Shown here: one piece after another, positions 10,112-17,530 of the stretch | Layout of the letters: every line of letters begins with the position of its first letter | Position numbering within the stretch: the first letter of the stretch is position 1 | The notes under the pieces: generated by a model | The model's input: the letters and a program-made list of their open reading frames with translations, nothing else | The model's database searches: none | What the model was told of the DNA's origin: nothing | Source of the DNA: Myxococcota bacterium | GTDB lineage: Bacteria > Myxococcota_A > UBA9160 > UBA4427 | Direction: 5' to 3' | Length of the DNA: 29,681 nucleotides | Assembly (NCBI GenBank): GCA_036336835.1 | Contig: JAYZFK010000044.1 | Span: 1 to 29,681, forward strand | Translations under genes and position numbers: made by a program

Positions 10112-10807
10112 TTGGCGGGAAGTTTCTTGGCCGTCTACATCCATGAGCGGATCGAGATCGAGGGCGGCGGCCGGGGCAAGCTGATCGAGATGATCCGCTC
10201 CCGCTGGGCGCCGCACCTCGAGCGCGAGCACGGCGTGCGTCTGGTGGGGGCCTGGGCCACCGTCGGCAGCACTGGGAACTGGCCGGAGGTTCGTATCCAC
10301 TGGGAGATGGACGACTGGGAACACTTCTCCCGCGCCCAGCACGGCCAGTACCCCATGGAGGAGCGCGACGTCTCCCTGGCGGAGCTGTGGAATCAGGCGA
10401 TCGAGTATCGCCAGCGCGGTCACTCGATGCTCCTGAAGCCGACCGCCTTCTCACCCGATTTGGCGGAGAACTCGGCCGAGGTCGTTACAGGAGACGTGAT
10501 CCTGCACGAGGACGTACGGGCATTGCCCGGACGTCTGCCGGCCTATCACGCCGCGCTGGCGGCAGAGTTCCTGCCACTCGCGGAGAAGCGCGGACTTCGG
10601 CTCCTCGGGGCGTACGCGCACGCGCTGCAGCCCGGTACCGGACTCAATCTCTGGGTCCTGCGCGACTGGGATCACTGGCGTGAGCTGATGGAAGCGACAC
10701 AAGGCGATGCAGAGCTACGCGCCTGGAACCAACAGCTGGGTGCGTGGCTCGAGGACCTCGATGGCTTCCTGGCCGTACGGCCTCCTGGAACGGCTCTGCG
10801 AACATGA
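10112..10807 (+). CDS. NIPSNAP-like (tandem dimeric alpha-beta barrel) protein
   Basis: Two repeats of a LHE...G.RL.GAW/Y...W...DW pattern. The start is uncertain (TTG 10112 or 10127). Confidence 0.65.
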   Translation: MAGSFLAVYIHERIEIEGGGRGKLIEMIRSRWAPHLEREHGVRLVGAWATVGSTGNWPEVRIHWEMDDWEHFSRAQHGQYPMEERDVSLAELWNQAIEYRQRGHSMLLKPTAFSPDLAENSAEVVTGDVILHEDVRALPGRLPAYHAALAAEFLPLAEKRGLRLLGAYAHALQPGTGLNLWVLRDWDHWRELMEATQGDAELRAWNQQLGAWLEDLDGFLAVRPPGTALRT

Positions 10808-11532
10808 ACCCCAACATCTATCTGCACGAGATCATTCGCACGGTGCCGGGGCGCGAGGAGCCCTACATGGCCAGCGTGCTCTCGGTGCACAACGACGGAT
10901 CGCGTCGTCGTGGCGAGCAGGCCCGGGGCGCCTTCGGACAGTTCCGCAGCGCCGGGGTCTCGGGCGGCTGGCCCGGTGCGATCAACATCTGGGAGAACAG
11001 CTGGTCCGGCCAGGCGCGGGATCTGGAGCGGCAGTTCCAGGACGCTGAGCGCGACACGGCGATGGAGGAGTGGTGGAATCGCAATTTGCACCTGCGGCAA
11101 GGCGGTTATGACCGGATCCTGGTCCCGGCGCCCTTCTCCCCCACGCGTGCCGAGCTGCGCGAGCGCGGCGCGCACGGCAAGGCGTTCCTGCACGAGATTC
11201 TGTGGCTTCCTTTCGGCGAGCCGGAGCGGTACCTCGAAGAGCTCGAGCGCGGGCTCTTGCCCGCCGCGCAACGCCACGGCATCGAGCTGATCGGCGCCTT
11301 CCAGGTGGCAATGCGCCCCCGACAGGTACTCACGCTCCTGGGTGCAGCAGAGTGGGCGCACCTCGGCTCTTTTCTCGAGGCCGCGGAGACGGATCCAGAG
11401 CTGCGTGCCTGGCACGAGTACCGTTCGAGCTGCGTCGCCCGGTCCGAGGAAATGGTCCTGATTCCCGCGCGTCACGACCCCCTGGCTTCCAGCGGACGAC
11501 CGTCGGATCGCGGGGCCACCTCGAGACCATGA
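10804..11532 (+). CDS. NIPSNAP-like protein, paralogue of the upstream gene
   Basis: MNPNIYLHE... and FLHE...GIELIGAF. It shares G.WP...W, ERD....E.WN and P..FSP motifs with 10112-10807. ATGA overlap. Confidence 0.65.
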   Translation: MNPNIYLHEIIRTVPGREEPYMASVLSVHNDGSRRRGEQARGAFGQFRSAGVSGGWPGAINIWENSWSGQARDLERQFQDAERDTAMEEWWNRNLHLRQGGYDRILVPAPFSPTRAELRERGAHGKAFLHEILWLPFGEPERYLEELERGLLPAAQRHGIELIGAFQVAMRPRQVLTLLGAAEWAHLGSFLEAAETDPELRAWHEYRSSCVARSEEMVLIPARHDPLASSGRPSDRGATSRP

Positions 11533-11548
11533 TCTGGACGCCCTCCGA

Positions 11549-12643
11549 ATGCTAGGCGGCAAGACCCGTCGCCTCGTCTACTTCGACGCGTGGACCGACG
11601 CGGTTGCGGGCAAAATCCTGAGCGGCAGATCCGACATCGAGGTCGTTCGATTGGAACTGAGCGGAGACGAGCGCGGCAACTGGTCGGAGCTGAATCGCAC
11701 CCATGGCTACCAGGCCGTGACGCTGACCGAGGTCCGCACAGGCCCAGCGCCGGGGAAGCAGTGGCTCCCCGACGCAGCATTCGTCGCACGCTGTCCGTCG
11801 CTTCTCGCGGTCTGCTCGGCCGGTGCCGGGTACGACGTCGTCGACGTGGATGCCTGCACTGCCGCGGGAGTGATCGTCTGCAACAACTCGGGTCCAGGAG
11901 CAGAAGCCGTCGCCGAGCACGCCCTGGGCTTCATGCTCTCGCTGTGCAAGAAGATCGCCCTTGCGGACCGCATGATCCGACGCGCGCCCATCCAAGACCG
12001 GACGCCGCTGAGGGGCAGCGAGATCCGCGGGAAGACGCTCGGCATCGTGGGAATCGGGCGAATCGGCACGCGGCTCGCCGAGCTGTGTGGCGGCCCGTTC
12101 GGAATGGAGGTGCTGGCCTTCGACCCGTTCCTGGACGCGGAACAGATCGCCGCACGTGGAGCCCTGAAGGTCGAGCTGCTCGAGCTCTTGCGTCGAGCCG
12201 ACTTCGTCGTGGTCTGCTGCTCTCTGACTCCCGAAACGACGGGCCTGCTCGGATACGCCGAGTTCGCGCAAATGAAGCCGGACGCCTACTTCATCACGAC
12301 CGCGCGCGGCGAGGTTCACAGTGAGGAAGCGCTGCTCGAGGCGCTGAAGACCGGCCGCATCGCGGGTGCGGGGATCGACGTCTTCCATGCCGAGCCGCCC
12401 TCGCCGGATCATCCCTTGCTCGCCCTCGACGCCGTCGTCGCGACACCGCATACCGCGGGGATCACCGACGAGGCGGTTCACGCCATCGCCACAGCCACCG
12501 CCGAGCAGTGGATGTCGATCTTCGACGGCGCAGTGCCGCCGCGACTCGTCAATCCCGAGGCCTGGCCGAGGTACTCGGACCGGTTCGAGCAGATTCTCGG
12601 ATTTCGGCCAGCCGACCCCACAACGAGAGAGGACTCGCAGTGA
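11549..12643 (+). CDS. D-isomer-specific 2-hydroxyacid dehydrogenase (SerA-like)
   Basis: Motifs GAGYD, GIVGIGRIG, TTARG, DVFHAEP and TPHTAG. Confidence 0.92.
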   Translation: MLGGKTRRLVYFDAWTDAVAGKILSGRSDIEVVRLELSGDERGNWSELNRTHGYQAVTLTEVRTGPAPGKQWLPDAAFVARCPSLLAVCSAGAGYDVVDVDACTAAGVIVCNNSGPGAEAVAEHALGFMLSLCKKIALADRMIRRAPIQDRTPLRGSEIRGKTLGIVGIGRIGTRLAELCGGPFGMEVLAFDPFLDAEQIAARGALKVELLELLRRADFVVVCCSLTPETTGLLGYAEFAQMKPDAYFITTARGEVHSEEALLEALKTGRIAGAGIDVFHAEPPSPDHPLLALDAVVATPHTAGITDEAVHAIATATAEQWMSIFDGAVPPRLVNPEAWPRYSDRFEQILGFRPADPTTREDSQ

Positions 12644-12680
12644 GCACGAGCACCGAGAAGAGCGCCGCCGGCGCCCGGCC

Positions 12681-13706
12681 ATGACGTCGATGCGGGCCCT
12701 ATTCCCCAGCTACAAGCGGCTCTGGGAACCAGCCGAAAGCGGGATCGGTGCGCAGCGCAGTGACGCGTACGGAGACTGGTACGCGGAGCAGATCCACTCG
12801 TTCCTGCCGGGGACCTGGGTCATCTCGGGGCACCACCAGGGTCTCGAGGAGATCCAAAAGCTGCTCGAGGCAGTGCGGCAGATCTGGACGGTGCGCTCGG
12901 TCTTCGAACACAACAACTACTGGCTCGGCGAGGACACGATCTGCACCGAGTGGTTCTCGACGAATGAGGTCTGGACCGGTCAGCGGTGCCGCAACAGCGG
13001 TCTGACCCGGCAGACGTTCGTCGAGGGCCAGGTGATCGAGTGGCAGGAGTACACGGACAGCGAGTTCTTCGAGGAGATGCATGCCGGATGGCGCGAGGCG
13101 GTGGGGCCCGAGCTCGGGAGTCACCTTTCCAGGTACGCTTGCTCCGGCCCGCCATGGTATCCCGAGCCGGCTCTGAACGAATGGCCACTCGAGACCTCGC
13201 TGAGCGACGGCCAGAACTGTGCGCCCCCAGAGATGCGTGATCGTCTCGCCGTGGCCATCGAGTTCTGGAACGCCCCACGGAGCGGCTCGCGCGATCTGTT
13301 CGCAGATGACGTGGACGTGCTGTTCCAGGGACGCTCGTGGCCGCTCGGGGGACATCATCGCGGACGCGAGGGCGTCGAGCGCGTGTTCGAGGTGGCGGGC
13401 AGGATCTGGCCCCAACCGTCCGAGATCGTGAAGACCGAGTTCTGGGCCAACGAGGACAGCGTCCTCACCCACTGGTTCACCCGCAATGAGACCTGGAAGG
13501 GAGAGGCCTGCCGCAACAGCGGGTGGGCCGTGTGGAAGTTCGAGGGTGATCGCGTCACGCAGTGGCGGAACTACGTCGACACGAGCTTCTACGCCGAGGT
13601 ACACGACGGCTGGCGCGAGGCCGTCGGAGCGAAGCTTGGCGAGCAGCTGCCAAACTGGCCATTACCGGGGGACTCGCGATATCCGGACCCGATGGCGCAC
13701 GAATGA
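12681..13706 (+). CDS. Tandem SnoaL/NTF2-like domain protein
   Basis: Clear internal duplication: GHHQG/GHHRG, NEVWTGQRCRNSG/NETWKGEACRNSG, WQEYTDS/WRNYVDT and GWREAVG twice. Confidence 0.75.
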   Translation: MTSMRALFPSYKRLWEPAESGIGAQRSDAYGDWYAEQIHSFLPGTWVISGHHQGLEEIQKLLEAVRQIWTVRSVFEHNNYWLGEDTICTEWFSTNEVWTGQRCRNSGLTRQTFVEGQVIEWQEYTDSEFFEEMHAGWREAVGPELGSHLSRYACSGPPWYPEPALNEWPLETSLSDGQNCAPPEMRDRLAVAIEFWNAPRSGSRDLFADDVDVLFQGRSWPLGGHHRGREGVERVFEVAGRIWPQPSEIVKTEFWANEDSVLTHWFTRNETWKGEACRNSGWAVWKFEGDRVTQWRNYVDTSFYAEVHDGWREAVGAKLGEQLPNWPLPGDSRYPDPMAHE

Positions 13707-13740
13707 GGCGAGCCGGCCGCGTCTCGCTGGAGTGAACAAG

Positions 13741-14565
13741 TTGACTTACAAGACGATTCAGTACGAGCAGCGCGAACACACGGTGTGCATCACACTCGAC
13801 CGTCCCGAGTCTCTCAACGCCATCAATGACGAGATGGTCCGAGAACTGCGGGACGCGTACGCCTGCGTCGAGACTAGCGAGAGCGTCTGGACGCTCATCA
13901 TGACAGGCAACGGACGGGCGCTCTGTGTCGGCGCCGACGTGAACAAGGCATCCGCGGACGAGGATGAAGCCTGGGCGCCGGGCATCGATACGCAGGGCGA
14001 GCCCATTCTGAGTTCGTTCCGGCAGTGGGATCCGCCGCAAGAGGCGACCCCGCCGTACCTGCAGATGACAAAGCCCGTGATCTGCGCGGTCAACGGGATG
14101 GCGGCGGGAGCTGGGCTCGATCTGGTTACGACCGCGGACATCGTCATCGCATCGGAGGCGGCCACGTTCTTTGATCCACACGTGAGCATCGGGCTGGTGT
14201 CGGGGCGCGAGATGGTGCGCATGGCCAGGGTGCTTCCGGTCGGCATCGCCATGCGAATGGCACTGATGGGCAAGCAGGAGCGCATGACTGCAGAGCGTGC
14301 CTACGAGCTGGCGCTTGTCAGCGAGGTCGTGCCTCCGGATGCACTGCTGGAACGCGCATGGGAGCTTGCCGGGATGCTCAATCGGAATGCTCCCCTCGCC
14401 GTTCGGGGAACCCGCCTTGCGATCCGCAAGGGCCTGTCGCTGCCAGTGTACGAGGCCGAGCTGCTCGCCGAGGGTTACCGACTCCGAGTTTCGCAAACGG
14501 AGGACGCCCAGGAGGGACCGAGAGCGTTCCTCGAGAAGCGGGATCCAAGATGGCGGGTCCGGTAG
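13741..14565 (+). CDS. Enoyl-CoA hydratase/isomerase (crotonase) family
   Basis: Motifs TLDRPESLNA, LCVGAD, KPVICAVNGMAAGAG and EGPRAFLEKR. TTG start (GTG 13732 is also possible). Confidence 0.92.
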   Translation: MTYKTIQYEQREHTVCITLDRPESLNAINDEMVRELRDAYACVETSESVWTLIMTGNGRALCVGADVNKASADEDEAWAPGIDTQGEPILSSFRQWDPPQEATPPYLQMTKPVICAVNGMAAGAGLDLVTTADIVIASEAATFFDPHVSIGLVSGREMVRMARVLPVGIAMRMALMGKQERMTAERAYELALVSEVVPPDALLERAWELAGMLNRNAPLAVRGTRLAIRKGLSLPVYEAELLAEGYRLRVSQTEDAQEGPRAFLEKRDPRWRVR

Positions 14566-14615
14566 AGGCGATCCGCCTCGGTGGCTGACACACCATCGGA
14601 GGCGCATCGCACTGG

Positions 14616-16091
14616 TCAATCAGCTGGCTTCTCGAATAACGCGCGCACGGCGCGCAGATCGACTTTCATCGACGTCGTGCGCGGCAGCGCGTCGGTGATC
14701 AGGAATCGAACGGGCACATGGATCGTAGTCAGTCGGGCGCGGACGTGGGCGTCGAGGCTCTCGCTGCTCGGAGCGACCATTCCGCGCTGCAGCTCCAGGG
14801 CTGTGGCCGGAACATGGCCGAGCCGCGAGTCGGGAATCCCAACGGTCGAGGCATCCAGGATGCTTGGGTGTTCGCGCAGAGCAGAGTCGATCCGTTCCGG
14901 CATGACCTTGAATCCGCCCCGCAGGATCACCCCGTCGCCACGCCCCCTGTGGAAGACGAAGTCGTCCTCGTCGATCACGGCGAGGTCAGTGGTGCGGATC
15001 CAGTCGGGGCTGATGTCCGGCACGAGCGCCTCCAGGTAACCTTGCCCGCCGCGCGGCAGCACCTCGCCGGTGTCCACGTCGACCACCCTCAACTGCACGC
15101 CCGGGAACGGACGGCCCATCGCGCCGCGCTTGGACCGCGAGTACTGGTCGTGGAGCTCGGGCGTCCAGGTCACCAGAGTCCCGCAGAACTCGGTTGCGCC
15201 GTACGCCCAGATCACCTTGATGTCGTAGACGCGCTCGAACTCCTCCTGGAGCTCCGGCGGCATGGGTGCGCTACCGCCGTAGACGTACTCGAGGCTCGCC
15301 ACATCGGCTCTGGGAATAGCCGCATCCAGCATCATCCGGGGCACGGCCGGTGGGACGTTGACGCTGCGCGGCCGATGGCGGCCGATCGCGTCCACCCATT
15401 CCAGAAGATCGAATTTTTCGAGTAGGACGATCAGCCGCCCGATGGCGAAGTCCGCGATCAGGCAGCAGGTGCCGCCGATCCCGGAGATCGGCCAGATGAC
15501 GATATCGGGGGACACGCTGGTGTCGACTCCTCCACCACGGATGCTCTCCACCGCGCGCACGAGCACATGATTCGGGATTGCGACGCGCTTCGGCGGGCCG
15601 GTGGTACCGCTCGACAAGATCTCGATGCCCCCCGCCGTCAGCGGTGCACGGAACGGACCCCGGCCCAGATGCGCCAGGTCGGGCAGGAGGGTCGCGGCGG
15701 CCTCGGCGTTCCAGCGCAGGACGACGCCAACCGTTCCGGTCTTGCGAGCCTCCTCGATGACCGGCGGCGTCCAGTCCTGCTCCTCTGCAACCACTGCTGC
15801 GAAGCCGGTCCTCGCGAGGTCGGCCGCGAGAGAATCCGGTGACTGGAAGGCATACACGTTGGATACGGTGCGGCCAGCCTCTACCAGCCCGAGGACTGCT
15901 GCTGCCTGTGCCGGCCGGTTGCGCGCCACGACCGCCACCGGCGCATCTTGCGGGACCCCCGCTTCGTGAAGCTGCGCAATCAGGGAATCAGCAAGCCCCG
16001 AGATCGTGCCGCAAGTGATCTCTTCCCCGCGGTACTCCAGGGCCACGCGACCAGGATCTCGGCGGAGGCCGTTCTCGATCTGTTGTTTCAC
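14616..16091 (-). CDS. Class I adenylate-forming enzyme (acyl-CoA synthetase)
   Basis: Motifs LSSGTTGPPK, AYGATE, RTTD, GRGD and TTSMKV. GTG 16091 follows GAGGA; the ORF is open to 16130. Confidence 0.88.
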   Translation of the reverse strand: MKQQIENGLRRDPGRVALEYRGEEITCGTISGLADSLIAQLHEAGVPQDAPVAVVARNRPAQAAAVLGLVEAGRTVSNVYAFQSPDSLAADLARTGFAAVVAEEQDWTPPVIEEARKTGTVGVVLRWNAEAAATLLPDLAHLGRGPFRAPLTAGGIEILSSGTTGPPKRVAIPNHVLVRAVESIRGGGVDTSVSPDIVIWPISGIGGTCCLIADFAIGRLIVLLEKFDLLEWVDAIGRHRPRSVNVPPAVPRMMLDAAIPRADVASLEYVYGGSAPMPPELQEEFERVYDIKVIWAYGATEFCGTLVTWTPELHDQYSRSKRGAMGRPFPGVQLRVVDVDTGEVLPRGGQGYLEALVPDISPDWIRTTDLAVIDEDDFVFHRGRGDGVILRGGFKVMPERIDSALREHPSILDASTVGIPDSRLGHVPATALELQRGMVAPSSESLDAHVRARLTTIHVPVRFLITDALPRTTSMKVDLRAVRALFEKPAD

Positions 16092-16419
16092 GTCCAATTC
16101 ACGATCCTCGGATAGACTGTGGGTGCACAAGGGAGCGAAGGTACCCGCGACAGAGTCGCCCTCCTTCGCGGCGGTTCATTTTCGCAGTCCACAGCCCGGA
16201 CGGCTCCCTGGCTCGCGCTGTCGGGGAATCGTACTCCTGGCCTTCTCCTCAAGGGAAGGTTGGCCCGCCGTGCGGACCGGTCGCCGCGGGGCACTGCTGA
16301 AGTCGAGGCCGCCAGACGAGCCGTCTGTCTTCACATTGCTGGACTCCATCCCGAGCCGCTCGCAGCCACCCTCGGAGCGATGCTCTACCCGGGCATCGAC
16401 ACCATCCAGTCTGTAAGTG

Positions 16420-16785
16420 TCACGAGTTCAGCGGGACGAGCCGTAGGGGGAGTCCGTCTCGGGGTTTGGAGATGGGGGCCTGTTGGATCGGCATGGTGTA
16501 GCCGTCTTTGAGGGTCCAGCGGTATTTGCGCAGGATGTGGTGCAGCACGATCTTGACCTGAGACTCGGCGAAGCGCAGGCCAATGCACATGTGCTGGCCG
16601 CCGCCGAACGGGATGTAGCTGTGGGTGTGGCGCTGGTCCTCGGCGCGCTCCGGACTGAACCTCTCCGGATCAAACTTCTCGGGCTCGTTCCACCATTCTT
16701 CCATGTAGTGCGTGTGGAGTGCCGAGACCAGCACCATCGAGCCTTCCGGAATGCGATAGCCGCTGAACTCGAAGTCGCGTATCGC
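16420..16785 (-). pseudogene. Cytochrome P450, C-terminal fragment only
   Basis: Reads AIRDFEFSGYRIPEG...FDPERF...PFGGGQHMCIG (heme-Cys motif). Everything upstream, including ExxR, is missing and replaced by repeat copy 2. Confidence 0.92.
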
Positions 16786-16870
16786 GGATAGGAAGTACAA
16801 GCGGGATTTTGGCAGCACGTCCGAGTATAGATGTTATGACGAGTCCCCGAGGGAGCGTTGCGGTGGGGCG
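16782..16870 (-). repeat. Copy 2 of ~88-bp direct repeat: IS91/ISCR oriIS-like end plus dif-like site
   Basis: The minus strand reads ...CCGCTTGTACTTCCTATCCGCGA. It is 60/66 nt identical to 288-353 and abuts the P450 break point. Confidence 0.9.
16817..16844 (+). other. dif-like XerC/XerD recombination site (copy 2)
   Basis: ACGTCCGAGTA-TAGATG-TTATGACGAGT has the 11-6-11 layout. Confidence 0.58.
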
Positions 16871-16872
16871 GG

Positions 16873-17350
16873 CTATCCGCGGCCGTCTGGCCAGGCCGAG
16901 AAATCGACGCGCAACTCAAGGTCGCGAGCGGTGCCCGAGAAGGAGTACAAGCGGATCGGGAGGGCGCTTGCTGCGGCTCGGCGTCAGGCTGTGGCGATGA
17001 ACTCGCGCGCCACGACGGCACATACGATCGGCCTCCCTTCGGAGAGACGATGGGCCGGCCCGCTCGCGTAACCGACCACCTGTTCGATCGCCTCCGAGCC
17101 CACTGTGCCTCGCTTCAACTCGAGTACGGCAAGAGAGCCGGTCGGCTCATGCCACGCGATGATGTCCATTCGATCGACCTGGTTTCGTGGGCAGCTCAGG
17201 TCGCCAAGCGGTTCGATCTCGCCCCAGCGGTCCATCAAAGCCGACTCCAGTACAGCTTCGGTCACGAAACCGGTCTCGTCCCTTGCCGGCTCCCAACGAC
17301 GGGCGCCGAGCGTGCGCTCGACCAGGCGATCGAGCAGGAACTCGGCTGAT
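16873..17350 (-). pseudogene. NucS/EndoMS-like PD-(D/E)XK nuclease domain, disrupted
   Basis: Reads TEAVLESAL...NQVDRMDIIA...LAVLELKRG...AIEQVVGY (E...D...ExK...QxxxY). An in-frame TGA lies at 16984-16986, after which the frame continues RRAAASALPIRLYSF... to TAG at 16873. There is no convincing start. Confidence 0.65.
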
Positions 17351-17456
17351 CCCTCGTCCCGGCCCCTCGAGTTCGCCCGGACTGGCGAATCCGCCACTTG
17401 CGTTCGCCCGCCGTGGCTAAACACGCCGCCCCGCCCCGCCACCGCGCGCTTCGCCG

Positions 17457-17472
17457 CGGCACACCGGTTGCA
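17457..17472 (+). promoter_or_regulatory. sigma54 (-24/-12) promoter
   Basis: CGGCAC-ACCGG-TTGCA has exact GG-N10-GC spacing and matches YTGGCAC-N5-TTGCW well. It lies ~60 bp upstream of ATG 17531. Confidence 0.7.
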
Positions 17473-17530
17473 CCGCCCTGGCCCATCGCAGACGACGAAC
17501 GACGAGCAACGGGAGGCGAGAGGCGCGGTG

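Noticed and set aside
16944..16954. 11-bp AGTACAAGCGG identical to 16794-16804 in the oriIS-like end
   Set aside because: It lies inside the nuclease reading frame (IRLYS) and lacks the CCTAT core. Probably chance.
17105..17530. Long N-terminal extension of the sigma54 activator in the ORF track
   Set aside because: It overlaps the opposite-strand nuclease remnant and the sigma54 promoter. The RBS supports ATG 17531.
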